Positions 1 through 12,454 of a stretch of DNA of 64,000 bases are shown here, piece after piece (position 1 is the stretch's first letter; every line of letters starts with the position of its first letter). The position numbers and the translations under genes are program-made. Source of the stretch: an uncultured Planctomycetaceae bacterium (lineage in GTDB: Bacteria > Planctomycetota > Planctomycetia > Pirellulales > PALSA-1355); contig CAWAUV010000004.1 of assembly GCA_963785305.1 (NCBI GenBank), positions 384,001 through 448,000 of the forward strand, given 5' to 3'. The notes below the pieces were generated by a model. It did not search any database. It was not told the DNA's origin and saw only the letters and a list, made by a program, of their open reading frames with translations.

Positions 1-473
1 CGGTGTTCTTTCGCCAGAAACGCTACGGCATGGACGGCAAGGAAATCCGGGTCTGGAAGTTTCGCAGCATGCGCGTGTGCGACGATGGTCCGGTGGTGGC
101 GCAAGCGTCGAAAAACGATCCGCGGCTCACGCCGATCGGCGGCTTCTTGCGTAGGATGTCGCTCGACGAGTTGCCGCAACTCTTCAATGTGCTGGGCGGC
201 AGCATGAGTCTGGTCGGCCCGCGGCCTCATGCCTCGGCTCACAACGAAGACTATCGCCGCCGGATTCGCGGCTACATGCTCCGCCACAAAGTCAAGCCGG
301 GCATCACGGGCCTGGCGCAAGTGAGCGGCTGGCGGGGCGAGACCGACACGCTCTACAAGATGGAAAAGCGCATCGAATGCGACCACCGCTACATTCGCGA
401 ATGGAGCTGGTGGAACGATCTCAAAATCCTGGCGCACACCGTGACCACGGTGTTGCGGCACGAGAACGCCTAT
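1..473 (+). CDS. wcaJ: Undecaprenyl-phosphate sugar phosphotransferase (WcaJ/bacterial sugar transferase), C-terminal part; 5' truncated by window edge
   Basis: Motifs KFRSM, DPRLTPIGGFLRRMSLDELPQLFNVLGGSMSLVGPRP and KPGITGLAQVSG. The family-typical end HENAY is at ~473. The expected stop is missing and the ORF reads on to 911, probably through an indel. Confidence 0.85.
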
Positions 474-530
474 TCGCGCGTTCGCCGGGGGCGATGCGGG
501 TCAACACAACCCGCGCCGGGTGGCGCGACG

Positions 531-2269
531 TTATTCGCGCAACGCGCGTTTCTTCGTGGTCGACGGTTTGGTGGGCTCCGATTCGAGCAAGTCGCCGCTG
601 CTCTTCTTGCGCTTGTTCGGTTTACTGCTGCCCGCGGGTTCGTGACTCGTGGGCTCGGCGGATCGTCGGCCACTGGCGGCTGGAACCTCTTCCGGACTGG
701 CGGTGTGCTTTGCGAATTGGTCGGCTTCGTCGAGTTCGCTGTGGGCGACGAGCTTCGCGTCGCCATCGAGAATCAGGACTTCACTCGGTTCGAGAATCTT
801 ATCGCGCACCATGCCTTTGAATTCCCGCCCGCCGCGCACATCGAGCACGAGCGAGTTGGTATTGAACTCGACCTCGTGCTCTTCGTGCTTTTTCGTGGTC
901 GGATTGTATAGGTCGACCGAGGTTCTAAAGTTCAGCACGCTCGCCCGGTTGACCTGGCGCACGACCGCCGCTTCAAGCCCGGTCTCGGGCTCGATGGTAA
1001 ACACGAGCAGCGTGGCCGGCGGTTCGGCCGGCGCAAGTTGGCCAGGCTTGGGCGATTCGGGTTCGCCCACGAGCATGCCCTCGCCGCGTGGAATCTCGAC
1101 GATGGGCGAGGGCTCGCTCCAGGGAGTCTCGCGATATTGCGCATTGCGCGATTGCGGATTCTTGAGATACTTTTCCGGCACGCCGTAGTTGGGATTGGCC
1201 GTGGTCAACTGCACTCGGTAACGGTAGCGTTTATTCGGCTCGACCGTGAGGTCCAGAAAGCGGAAGAGCCGGTACTCGACGCTCTTTCGCTCGGCGAGAC
1301 GCGTGTCGACGCGCGGCGCTCTGGCCGCCGCGCCGTTTCGGCCGCCCTCGGAGCCCGCGGCCCCTTCTCGAGCGAGCCGTTCTCGTTCTTCCTCACGCCG
1401 CTTCGCCTCTTCCTCGTCGCGCGCTTTTTGCTCCTCTTCCTCGGTCGCGGTGGCCAACGGAATCTCGGGCAAGTGCGCCGCTTCCGCACCCAAGAGCCGG
1501 AAGCCAGCGGGCCCAGCTCCTTGGTATACACCGGGTCGACGAATCGCGCGCTCACGATCTCCGGAGTCTTGTTGGCCCAGCGTTCTTTCATGGTCACGAT
1601 TTTCACCATGTCGATCGGCTTCCAGTCGAGTTTGCTCTCTTGGCCATCGACCACCTCGGCGCGCTCGACCGTGGGCTGCCGGCGATAGACCGGCGCGTCG
1701 CGCGGCGAGTCGTCGCGAGTGGCGTCGTTGGGCCGGGCCTCGGCGATCGGAATCGCGTCCTTGAACACCTCGTCGTAGGCGGCCGTTTGTTTGCGGACTG
1801 GAACGAGGCCGGTGATCATGGCCCAGCGCTGGCCATGCACTTCCGTCTCGCCCGCGGCCTTGAGCTCGAAGGCGCTCTGGCCACCGACGGCCTCGAGCGA
1901 CTCGACCGCTAGCAGCGCCGGATCGGACCGCTTGCTGAGCTGCGGACGCGGCGGCATGTCGAACGGCGTCTTGAGCGCGTATTCCTCGGGCACGAGCGGG
2001 TCGCGTTTGGCTCGAATTACGTAGTTGGTGATGGCGAGATTCTCGCGCTTTTCGTCCCACTGGCTCGCGGCCATGTGCGACTGGGCCTCTTGAGCGCGGC
2101 GTTTGAGTTCGTCGGGGCCTTTTTCGACCGGAAGCGTGACACGGCCGAAAAACGCATAGACGAAGATCGCGAAGATCAACAATCCGGCGCCGAAGGCCGC
2201 TTTCTCGCCATGAGCCAAGGCAAGCTGTTTCAGACCTTCCTTGGAAAGATCGAGCTTTCTCTTTTTCAT
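531..2269 (-). CDS. Planctomycete membrane-anchored protein, third gene of the pilM operon (frameshift near ~1470)
   Basis: ORF 1205..2269 gives an N-terminal TM (HGEKAAFGAGLLIFAIFVY). ORF 531..2570 gives the C-terminus (LFRFLDLTVEPNKRYRYRVQL..NPNY, FN3-like). Co-oriented with the upstream genes. Confidence 0.65.
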
Positions 2270-2322
2270 GCGAGCGAACCTTTCGAAAAAACAGCGGAGG
2301 AGAGTCTCGGCGGTGTCGCGAG

Positions 2323-3908
2323 TCAGGGGGCCGCCGCGGGCGCCGGCGAGGCGACGGGCGCCACGGTCTCGGCGGCAGCGCCGGCATCCAAACCCGTGGC
2401 CGCAGGCGCCGCTTCCGGCGAAGCGCCGGTCGGAACCGGAGCCGGGGAGGCGTCCGGCGGGCTTGCTTCTTCCGCCGGCGCAATCTCGGCCGCTTGACCG
2501 GCCACGGCCAGCTTCGCGCGGTTCGGCGGATTAAAGATATAGATAATGCCTTGAAGTTCGATCGGCACATCGTAGGGATTCAATTCCCGATCCGATGCGT
2601 TGGAACTCTCGCTCCCCATTCCACTGCCCGCGCCACCCAACCGGCCACCACCGCCCGCCTTGGGCGACATGAACATGCTGGAAACGTCGGAACGACCCGG
2701 CCGGCGGAGCGACGCCGGATTGATGCGCAGTTGCTTGACTTCGACCGGCAGGGGCGAGTTTCCGCATTCCACGAGCAATCGCGAAATTTCGCGCTGATCG
2801 ATCAAGAGTTGCATGAAGATCGGCATGCGTTTGAATTCCGGCGGCGCGGTCGAGATATCGGCGATCGGTTGGCCCTTGGCGTCGACATAGCGACCATCGT
2901 CTTGCGCCAAGTCCAGCGCGGTCGAGCTGCCGCTATTGCCGCCGCCGGCCATGCCGCCGCTACCTCCGCTACCGCCGCCACCACCGCCGCGCGAGCGGCG
3001 ACCGCGACTGCCGCGCGAACCGGGATCGGGCGCCGCCGCCGCGCGCCCATCGGCACTGGCGCCGCGCCAGCCGCCCCCGGATCGGTCGGCGCGTTGACAA
3101 GCTGCGGCGGAACCAGCTTCCCGGCGCTCATGCCATATTGAAATTCCTGGGCCGCGGGCCGGGCGATCTGCACCGAGATGATTTCCTTGATCTTGGCGTT
3201 GTAATGCGCCGTGGCGTTTTCGTTGACCTTGGCGATGATTCGCAGCAGGGAGTTGTAGACCCACAGGTTCTCTTGGATATATCGCATTTCCTTCGAGGTG
3301 GGAGTGCGCGGCCAATCGAGCACTTCATCGAGCAAACGCTGGTCGTCGGCGCACCAAATCACCTTGTGGCTTTTCTGTTTCCTCACCGGTTCGTTTTCGT
3401 CGGTTCGACCGCGCTGGCCCGCGCGATCGCCGCCTGACTCGTTGTAATTTTCGGCATCGACGATCGCGAGCAGTTGCGGAAACTCGGAACGCACATAGTT
3501 GAAGTAGCGTTCGCGAATATCGATCGGAATTTCGCCATCGCCCACCGCCGCGATCACCCGGAGCGATTCTTCCCCCATGGCCTTGGGCCAGATCAGCACT
3601 TCGTTTTTTTGCTCGTCATAGCAATGGTTCCAGGCCGCGAGCACGCGGCTCTTGAGTCCCGCGCCCGGCTGATCGAGGAGCTTATTGACTCCCGCTTCGA
3701 ACGACGGATTGGGATGATTCGGCGTGGCCGTGATCTTTTGCGCCTTGGTGAACTCGCTTTCGATCTTGGTCTTGCGCAGCTTGTAATAGTCGGCCAGCGC
3801 GTTGGCCGACAAAAACCAGCCGATCAGGCCCAGCACGACGGTCGTGCCCGAAAGCACCCAAAAATGATGCTTCACGAGCCATGCGAGATAGATTTTGACT
3901 TGATCCAT
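2323..3908 (-). CDS. Planctomycete PilO-like membrane-anchored protein, second gene of the pilM operon (frameshift near ~3040)
   Basis: N-terminal TM (KHHFWVLSG..), Gly-rich linker, C-terminal KRMPIFMQLLIDQ..VPIELQGIIYIFNPP. Starts 4 bp after the pilM-fusion stop. Confidence 0.6.
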
Positions 3909-3911
3909 GGT

Positions 3912-6309
3912 TCAGGGACTCCCCGCGGGCGCCGCGGCGGCGGCGGCGGCTTGTTGAGCATTTTCGAGCGCCGCTTTTTCGCGCTCTTGGATTATTTCGA
4001 GTCGCTTGCTGAGCGGCGTGGGACGCCAGCAGAACTGCACGACGAAATCGAACATGGGTAGCGTAATCATTTTGCGAGAATGCCCCCCGGACATGCCGCC
4101 GGGATTGATGCCCGGGGGCTGGCCCTCGCCCGGAGCGACGTTGGGTTGATCTTCCGCGTCGGGATCGGGAATCTGCACCTCGCGGATTTTGTTACTGGCC
4201 ACCAGCACTGGATTCGTGACGCCGAGGTCCTTGAGCGTGAATTCTTGGAGCTTGCCACCCTTGGACACCGGCAAGAGCACCGTGCCGGTTTCGAGCTTCT
4301 TGAGGAGTGAATCGCGCACGAATCTGCGCGCCCTGATAGTTGCGATTCGCGTTGTGGAAATGATAGCCCGTGAGTTGAATTACCCAGCCTTCGCCGGTCG
4401 GCTCGGGCTCGAGCCCCTTGGCGCCCGGAGCGGCCGCGGGATCGGCGCCCGGCGCTGGCGCTTGTCCGGCGACCGGAGGCATGGGGGCGGCGCCCGGCGC
4501 CCCTGGCGCGGCGCCTGGCACTCCCGGCGCGGCGCCTGGCGCCCCTGGCGCGGCGCCTGGCACTCCCGGCGCGGCGCCTGGCGCCCCTGGCGCGGCGCCT
4601 GGCACTCCCGGCGCGGCGCCCGGCACTCCCGGCGCGGCGCCCGGCATTCCCGGAGCTCCTGGTAGGGCGCCTGGCATTCCGGGCATGGCGCCGGGCGCTC
4701 CCGGCGCGGCGCCGGCGAGCCCCGGGATCGGACCGCCGTGAGCTTCCTTCACGATCGGCTCGACGGTTTGATACCAAGCTTTCAGTTCGGGATAATACTG
4801 GCAATCCATTTCCTCGATATGCAAATCCGTGCGATCGGGAACCTTGATTTCCGAGCGTTTGCTGGCCGGATCGCGAGGCAAGATCGAATCGATCGCCTTG
4901 AGCAATTCGAGCCACATCAAGCGGCCTTCGACATTGCCGACGATGCTCTTGCCCATTTGATCGACATCGTTGAATCGCGTCTTCGCGGCCTCGAAGGCGT
5001 CGGTGTATTCCTTGCTCTTGGCTTCGGCGGCGTCGGCCTCGGCGAAGGGCGCTTTGAACTTGCGTTCTTCCACGCTCTTGTAGCCTTGGAAGTAGCCCAT
5101 GAAGCTGACGGTGCATCCCAGGAGCACGGCGGCCGCGGTGGCGACGGCCCACGGTTTTTTCTCGCGAATCAAGCGGTTCGTGAGAATCTCGCGCGGAATG
5201 AGATTCGTGCCCAAGGCCCCTTTATGCAGCCCTTGGAGCGTGAGCCCATAGCACACGGCGAAGCTGAGCAGGTTTTCCTTGAAGGCCGGCGAACCGATCA
5301 CGCTCGATCCGGTGAGGCCCTTGTAGGCTTCGGTGTCGATCACCGGATAACCGAGATTTTGCGACAAATATTTTTGCAAGCCGGGTAGTTTCATGGCGTT
5401 GCCCAGCGCCACCACGCTGCCGATCGTCGCCTTTTTATGGATGCCCGAAAAGAAGTTGATCGACCGCTGGATCTCCGTGAGCAGATCGTTGAACACCGGC
5501 CGCATCGCCTGGAACACGGCCTTTTGGTCCTCGGCCTGCATCGCGTTGCGTTTCAGATGCTCGGCCTTGGCGAAGGTGAGCCGCAGCTCTTTCGAGAGCG
5601 CCTTGGTGAAATGGCTGCCGCCGATCGGCAGACTGCGCTGCCAAACCGTGTAGCCGTTGGTCACCACCAGATCGGTCGTGTCGGTGCCCAGCGACAGGGC
5701 CACGATGCTCTTGGGCGGATTGTCGACGTCGTAATTGTCGGGCGTGAGCGGCGGCCGATCCTGCATATGCTCGAAGACGGTGAAATTGTAGATCGCCAGC
5801 GGCGTGAGCTGAATGATGTCGATCTCGATGCCGGCTTCGTCGAATGGCTTGAGGGCCCGAAACGCTTGATCGCGCTTCATGGCGAACAGGCCCACTTCGG
5901 TCTCGAGCACGAAGCCTTCTTCCTCGCTGCCGCCCGCCATCTGCTGATAGTCCCACACCACATCGTCGAGCGGGAAGGGAATCTGCTGGCGGGCTTCGTA
6001 TTTGACGATATCGGGAATCTTCTTCGACTCGACCGGCGGCAATTTTATGAACCGCGCGAGTCCGCTCTGGCCCGACACGCTCACCGCCACGCGATCACCC
6101 CGCACCACATTGCGCGAAAGGAACTGCCGCAGCGCATCGCGCACCAGTTCCACCGGGTCGGCTTCCGGCTGGCTGAGAATCTGCGGATATTCAATGAAGT
6201 CGAAGGCGTCGGCCACGATGCGATTGTCGGCGTCGCCCGCATGGCAGCGGAGCGCCTTGAGACCGCACTGGCCGATATCGATTCCCCAGACGGCGTTGGT
6301 TTTCGCCAT
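3912..6309 (-). CDS. pilM: Type IV pilus assembly protein PilM fused to a PilN-like C-terminal region (frameshift near ~4320)
   Basis: Actin-like motif WGIDIGQCGLKA, EARQQIPF, LSLGTDTTDLVV, then NLIP plus a TM segment (PilN-like). The C-terminus continues in ORF 3912..4319. Confidence 0.85.
4487..4720 (-). repeat. 21-bp tandem repeat array encoding (GAAPGVP/GAAPGAP)n inside the PilM fusion
   Basis: Alternating units ggcgcggcgcctggcactccc / ggcgcggcgcctggcgcccct read directly on the + strand. Confidence 0.9.
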
Positions 6310-6729
6310 GCTCAGCGACTTTCAAAGTTCGATAAAACGCACATTGGCGGGCCCGGCGCGAAAACGCCGGCAGCGGCGCGGCGCCGCGCTTAAAAAACGC
6401 GGAGATGCAACACCGCGGCGCCTCGGAAAATGCCTCGAAACAAACAGGGCTCGGAGCGGGGGGCCAGATGCCGGCGCCATGCGCCGAGCATTTCTCTCTT
6501 GTTCCACTGTTCCACGACCGCGGCCGAGCGCGAGAAACGGTTCGCATGCGATTTGGGGCCACGACCACCAGGGCGCCAAGCCCCGGCCGGGCCCGCCCCA
6601 CATTTCACTTTATCTGCCGAAGACCAGAAATGTCAAATCCGGTGGTAAAGTTGCCGCGGCGAACGGAGGCCCCGCCGATCGTGATCGCTCGGGTTCTTTC
6701 GTTCCGTCGGTCGTGGCGGCTGCCCAACG

Positions 6730-9700
6730 TCACTCGCGGCTACCAGCGTCGGCGACGAGCACCGCCACCGGAAAATCGCGGAGCATTTGATCGACCGCGA
6801 GTCTGCTCGGGCCGCCCGCGCCGGTGGCCTCGATCGAGCGGCCGGTGAAGATGTTTTGCCAGCGACGCGGCGCGCCGGGCGGCAGCGTGACCGCCGTGTC
6901 GGTCCACCAAGCGCTGGGGGGCCAACCGACGGCGCCCTGCTTGCTTTCGCGGACCAGGCCGCTCGGCGGCGCCGCTTGCCAGGCTTCGAGCGCCAGCCGC
7001 GGCGTCACCACGACAAGCCATCGTCCGTCGGCGATTCGAGCAAAAGCGAAGGCATTCGCTTCGCGCGAACCGCTGATTGCAAGGGGCTCGTAGTCGGCGG
7101 TGAGAATTTCGCGGTGATCGCGGCGATATTCGAGCCCGCGCGAAGTGACGAACAGCTTGATTTCCTCGCCCGGCCAGCGGTCGACAAGCGCCGCCGCCGT
7201 GGCCGCCAGGTCCTCACGCGCGTGCCGTCGCAGGCGAGTCAGCGCTTCGCGCCGGGCGGCAAAGTCGACCGGCTGCCGGTTGTCGGGATCGACCAAACGA
7301 AAATCCCAGAACTCGACGCCCTGGTAAAAATCAGGGACCCCCGGGGCAAAGAGTTTGATCGTGGTTTGCGCGAGCGAGTTGACGAAACCCGCGTCGGCGA
7401 TCGAGCGCACGAATCGCTCGACATCTTGCACGAACTCGCTTTTTCGATCGGCAAGCGACTTGCGAATGAAGGCAAACACGGCGTCTTCATGTTCCGAGTC
7501 GGGATGCAGCCAACTGGTGTGGAGCTTGGCCTCGCGAAGCGCTTTTTCCATGTAACGAACCAACCGCTCCACGAATTTTTCCCATGCCGCGTCGTCTTGC
7601 GGCTCCAGCGGCCAAGCGCCAACCAGAGTTTGATAGTAGAGATATTCTTCGTTGGCGTCCGGTGCCGCGGTCTCGTCGACGGTGGCGCATAGGCCGCGAT
7701 TCATCGCCTGCCAGCGCGCGATCGCGGCCTCCCAGGCGGCCGGCGCCTCGGAAAGCACATGGAGCCGGGCGCGCATATCCTCGCCGCGCTTGGTGTCGTG
7801 AGTGGCCGTGGCCGACATCTCGAAGGGCCAATCGCGTCGCCGCGATCGGATCGCCGCATGCCAGCGCTCGGGCGTCATTGCGGCCTGAGCCGGATCGCCG
7901 CCGCCCACTTCGGCCAGCGAGACGAGCGGATAGTACCGATAAAAGGTCGTGTCCTCGAGGCCCTTGGCCGTGACCGGGCCGGTGATCTGTTGAAACTTGA
8001 GCACGAAGCGGCGCCGGTATTCGCGATCGGCCTCCGACAGCCCGACCGGATCCTCGAGCAGTAGGATCGACGCGATGAAGTCGAAAAACGTGGGACTCAT
8101 CGCCGGGTTGCGCCGCTTGGCCAACCGCGCCGCCTCGCGAATTCGGCGGCGGTCCACATCGCTCACGCTGTCGCTGTCGGGCCGAATATAGGTGCGATAG
8201 ACCGGGAAACATGACACGACTTCGCGAAGCGCCCGGTAGAGCGAAGGGCGCGTGAAGTCCCGCGACCAGCGATGCTGCTGGGCAATGCGGTCGAGCTGAT
8301 TGGCCAAACCGTAGAACTCGCTCGACAGCGACGTGCCCAGGATCAATTGCTTGGCGTCGTACACGATCCGCCAAAAAGGCGCTTCATTGTCGGTAAACCG
8401 ATGATAAACCTCGCGCACCTGCTTGACGCCTGGCCCATGGACGAGCAGGCCGCCGAGCAGGTTCAAGAAGTTGTAGCCGGTCGTGCCATGCACCGGCCAA
8501 TCCGCGGGCAGCGCTTCGTCGCCGGAAAGAATTTTTTCGACGACCAGATAGGGCGCGTCCGTCGAATGGGCCGGCGACCGATCACCGGCCATGGCGTCTT
8601 CGGCTTCGCGGTCGCCATCGTTCGCGTTCGCATTCTCGCCCGCGTCATCGCCTGAGTTCGCCGGGACGCGAGGCCGCGGCGCGCTCCGCGAGTTGGGTCA
8701 GATATTGCCGCGGGTCGAGCAGACCATCGGCATGGTCGATCCTAAGTCCGGTCACGTGGCCCGCGGCCAGGGCGTCGAACAGCCACTGATGCACGGCGTC
8801 GAACACTTGCGGGTCTTCGACACGAATGGCGGCGAGCGTGTCGACATCGAAGAACCGGCGATAATTGATTTCGTCGGTCGCCACTCGCCAGTAACAAAGG
8901 CGATAGGCTTGATCGTTGAGAAACGCCTCGAGCGCATTAAAGCTCGCCGGCTCGCCCCGCGCGCCATTGATCTCGGCCAAGGCCATGGCGAGCGCTTCGC
9001 GACTCTCGCCGCTGGCTTGCAAGAGCGCCGCGAGCCGCCGCCGAGTGACCTCTTTCTCCCGATAGCGCTCTTGAATATTCTCGGGCGTCACTTCCGATCG
9101 TAGCGGCAAGTGCTCGAGCGCCGAGATTACGCTTTCGAGCTCCATGCGATGCGGATGATCGGCCGCCAGCGACTCGGCCACCAGCGCGAGCGTGGGCCGC
9201 AGCACCGCCACCCAACTCCGGGGGCTCGTGGGAAAGTGCTTGTCGTAGTAGCGCACGAAGAAGCGCTGATCTTCGTAGACCAAGTGGATCTGCTGATCCT
9301 CGAGCGCTTTGCCAAACTGATCGCCAAGCACCGCGAGCAGCACCTTCCCATGCAGCTCGGTCTTGGGCGGGCTCCAGTCGATGTCGAAGAAGTTCGCATG
9401 CTCGGAAGCTTGCCCATTCTGCAAGACATCTTGCCACCAGACATTGTGCGGGTCGTCGATGCACATGTGATTGGGCACCACATCCACCACGAGACCCAGG
9501 CCGCGCTCGCGAAGCGACTCGGCCAGCGAGCGGAAATCATCGTCGGTTCCCAAGGTCGGGTCGCAGCGACTGGGGTCGACGATATCGTAGCCATGCGTGC
9601 TTTTGGCCCGGGCACGCATGAACGGCGCGAAGTACATGGCGCCGAGCCCCAAGTCGCGAAAATAGTCGACGCACTGGCGAACCGCGTCGAAGTCCATTTG

Positions 9701-9751
9701 TCCGAGCAGTTGCACGCGATAGGTCGAGGTCGGAATATTCGGACGGGCCAC
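6730..9751 (-). CDS. treY: Malto-oligosyltrehalose synthase (GH13), split by an indel near ~8600-8650
   Basis: STYRVQL, STHGYD, DVVPNHM, INYRRFFD, GLRIDHADGL, VVEKIL, HGTTGY, ATHDTKRGED, PGVPDFYQG, LVDPDNR. Confidence 0.92.
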
Positions 9752-9775
9752 GGGCGGTTGCTCCGGAGGGTCTTA

Positions 9776-9853
9776 AGAGGCTATGCGACAACTTCCCCTC
9801 CCGGTTTGGGAGAGCGGCGGGCGACGGACCGCGGAAGTTTTCGGATAGGCTCT
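9776..9853. mobile_element. Miniature inverted-repeat element, family A (copy 1)
   Basis: Ends agaggctatgcgacaacttc / gaagttttcggataggctct are 17/20 inverted. Same TIR type as 17477 and 44141. Confidence 0.65.
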
Positions 9854-10035
9854 AGCGGGTGTCACTCCACGATTCGGTTGCGATTCGATAAGCACCAGTC
9901 TCGTTGCATCAATCGTTGTACCAATAAAGGCGGCTCGGACGTTGAAGAACGCCGAGCCGCCACATTGGTCGATTGTCCACCAGAGGCGCCAGCCCGGAAT
10001 TCACCGCGGCCGGTCAGGGTGGCGTTTTGGGAAAT

Positions 10036-10299
10036 CTAGGCGACTGCCGGGTTTCCGGCGCCGACCTCCACCCGATCGATAACCGCCGACACGCCCGCAA
10101 CCCGCTGGCAGCAGAAAATGCAAAGCTGTCGTTGATGAAAGGATCGAACCCGACCGCTAATGGTGACAACCCCTTTGTCGACCGCCACTTCGAGTCGCCT
10201 CAATCCAGCCATGTGTTGACCCAAAAGAAACGAGACAATGCGGCGTTTTAGGTCCTCGTCGCGGTCCAGTTCAACCGGTCTCGCCTGTGTTGAAACCAT
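10036..10299 (-). CDS. BON-domain (OsmY-like) small protein
   Basis: DEDLKRRIVSFL..LEVAVDKGVVTISGRV..VAGVSAVIDRVEV. Confidence 0.8.
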   Translation of the reverse strand: MVSTQARPVELDRDEDLKRRIVSFLLGQHMAGLRRLEVAVDKGVVTISGRVRSFHQRQLCIFCCQRVAGVSAVIDRVEVGAGNPAVA

Positions 10300-10406
10300 A
10301 ACGATGTTCTTCCTAGGGAATTCTTCCGCTGGGGGAGTATGAGCCCTGCCTGTTCGCCCCCTCGAGAGCCCTCTGGAAGGGGCGGCTCATGAATGCCTCG
10401 TGCATT

Positions 10407-10422
10407 TGCATTTTGCATGCCA
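10407..10422 (-). promoter_or_regulatory. Sigma54-type promoter upstream of the BON gene
   Basis: Minus strand TGGCATGCAAAATGCA has GG-N10-GC spacing, ~110 nt before the start. Confidence 0.5.
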
Positions 10423-10459
10423 CGCGAGCGGTGAAGAGATTTTTTTCCGCCGCGATGTC

Positions 10460-10844
10460 TCACTTCCGCGGCAAGCGGCCGGCGCTCGACTGAAAATATC
10501 GCCGCCGCCGCTCGGCGGGAGCTTCGGGCGCCTCGCTCTGCTGGCGGGCCAGATCGTCGAGATTCGCGCGGCAGGGGCGGCACTCGATCCATTTCAAATG
10601 CGCTTCGATAAATCGCCGCTCTGCCTCGTCGACGGCGCCGAGCAGGTAGCTGCCAAGTCGCTCTCGTGTCGGGCAACTTGGTCGCGCTCGGCGCCAAACT
10701 CCGGCCAAGGAATCGAGCGCCCGAGTCGCGCTCGGCCGCAAGGAGAGCCAAACGCCCGGCGAGCTCCGGATCGCGGCGCAGCCGAGCCTCGATCTTCGCC
10801 ATGTCGGCCACGGGCAACGCCTCTTCGAGAAACGCCGCCAACAT
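10460..10844 (-). CDS. Planctomycete zinc-finger (zf-HC2-like) anti-sigma-like protein, frameshift near ~10715
   Basis: LAAFLEEAL.. joined to SCPTRERLGSYLLG..IEAHLKWIECRPCRANL (H..CxxC). Confidence 0.6.
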
Positions 10845-11022
10845 GTGGCGTTCTAGCGCTTTCCGCCTCGCGGGCCGCGCGCTGAATCGGCGCCGCTTGG
10901 TTCCGCTCGGTTCGATCGCTCGTCAAATGGCAATGGAGCATCACGCATCGCCGCCGCCTACCTTGTACCGCTGGATGGCGAAGATACACTTAGAAACGAA
11001 CCAAGTATAACTTCTCCACAAA

Positions 11023-11057
11023 CCCCCTCTCCCCTCGGGAGAGGGCAGGGCGAGAGG
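11023..11057 (+). repeat. BoxC/REP-like palindrome CCCTCTCCC-n-GGGAGAGGG..AGGG
   Basis: Related cores at 12245-12278, 13575-13655, and inside the family A elements. Confidence 0.7.
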
Positions 11058-11113
11058 CCGCGCGGACCTTCTTCGCGCTCTTGCATGATATCACGACATA
11101 GCGAGCATCGGCC

Positions 11114-12244
11114 ATGAATCAAGAGGTTTACAGTCCCGGCCTCGAGGGCGTCGTGGCCGGCGAGACCGCCATCAGCACCATCGCGGGCGGCTTGCAGTAT
11201 CGCGGCTACTCGATCGAGGAACTGGCCGAGAAAGCGACCTTCGAGGAGACCGCGTTTTTGCTGCTCCATGGCGAGCTACCCACGGCCGATCAGCTCTCCG
11301 CCTTCCGCGAGCGGCTCTCCGACGCCGCCAGCGTGCCCAAGGCGATCGTCGATCTGCTGCGGGCAACGCCTGTTTCGGCGGCCATGATGGATGTGATGCG
11401 CACCGCGGCGAGCGCCTTGGCGATGTGGGACCCCGACGTGGCCGACAACAGCCCCGCGGCCAATCTCCGCAAGGCCGAGCGGCTGCTGGCGCAAATGCCG
11501 GTGATCTTGGCGGCGCGGCATCGACTGGTCGAAGGCAAGGAGCCGGTGGCGGCCGATCCACGCTACTCGCTCGCCGGCAACTTGCTCTGGATGCTCCGCC
11601 GCGAGGTCCCCACCCAGCGGGCGATCGACGCGCTCGATGTGTCGCTGATTCTCTACGCCGAACACGAATACAACGCCTCGACCTTCACCGCCCGCGTCGT
11701 GTGCTCGACCCTGGCCGATATGCACTGCGGAGTGACCGCGGCGATCGGAGCGCTCAAGGGACCGCTGCATGGCGGGGCCAACGAGCGCGTGGTCGATGTG
11801 TTGGCCGAAGTCGGCGGCGCGAGCCGGGCCGAGGCCTGGATTCGCGACGCCCTGGCCCAAAAGCAGCGCATCATGGGCTTCGGCCATCGGGTCTACAAAA
11901 CCGGCGATCCTCGGGCCACATTGCTCAAGACCTATTGCCGCGAGCTCGCCGCCGAAACCGGCAATATGGAGATGGAAGAAATCGCCGACACGATCGAGCG
12001 CGTGGTTGTGGCCGAAAAAAAGCTGCCGCCCAACTTGGACTGGCCGAGCGCCCGACTGTACCACTATCTGGGCCTGCCGGTCTCGCTCTACACACCGCTG
12101 TTCGTGGTGAGTCGCGTGAGCGGCTGGTGTGCGCATATCATCGAACAATTCGCCGGCAACCGGCTGATTCGCCCGCGGGCGCGGTACATCGGCCCCGCGC
12201 CGCGCGGCTACGCGCCGCTCGCGGATCGCGGGAAAGGCAATTAA
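11114..12244 (+). CDS. Citrate synthase / 2-methylcitrate synthase family
   Basis: GLEGVVAGET, LQYRGY, AEHEYNASTF, GPLHGGANE, MGFGHRVY, PNLD, LIRPRARYIG. Intact ORF. Confidence 0.93.
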   Translation: MNQEVYSPGLEGVVAGETAISTIAGGLQYRGYSIEELAEKATFEETAFLLLHGELPTADQLSAFRERLSDAASVPKAIVDLLRATPVSAAMMDVMRTAASALAMWDPDVADNSPAANLRKAERLLAQMPVILAARHRLVEGKEPVAADPRYSLAGNLLWMLRREVPTQRAIDALDVSLILYAEHEYNASTFTARVVCSTLADMHCGVTAAIGALKGPLHGGANERVVDVLAEVGGASRAEAWIRDALAQKQRIMGFGHRVYKTGDPRATLLKTYCRELAAETGNMEMEEIADTIERVVVAEKKLPPNLDWPSARLYHYLGLPVSLYTPLFVVSRVSGWCAHIIEQFAGNRLIRPRARYIGPAPRGYAPLADRGKGN

Positions 12245-12278
12245 CCCGCCCCCCTCCGGGAGAGGGTAGGGTGAGGGT
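12245..12278 (+). repeat. BoxC/REP-like palindrome directly after the citrate synthase stop
   Basis: cccgcccccctccgggagagggtagggtgagggt. Confidence 0.7.
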
Positions 12279-12454
12279 CCCCCGCCTGGTAGAGGTTCCG
12301 CGAAGTCACCACGACACCACGCGGGGAGCAAGGGGCCAAGCGGCGAACGAAGGCTTTTTGCCGCCGAGGAATAGGCGTCATCGACTGGGGCAAAATTCCC
12401 GCGGCCGCCCAAGATGTTTCCAGGTTCGGTAAAATCCAATCCATAAGGCGGATC

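Noticed and set aside
474..911. C-terminal extension of the sugar transferase
   Set aside because: It is antisense to the neighbouring gene's 3' end and starts right after the family-typical NAY terminus; likely a lost stop.
4487..4720. CRISPR-like array
   Set aside because: The units are contiguous with no unique spacers and encode an in-frame peptide repeat; no cas genes.
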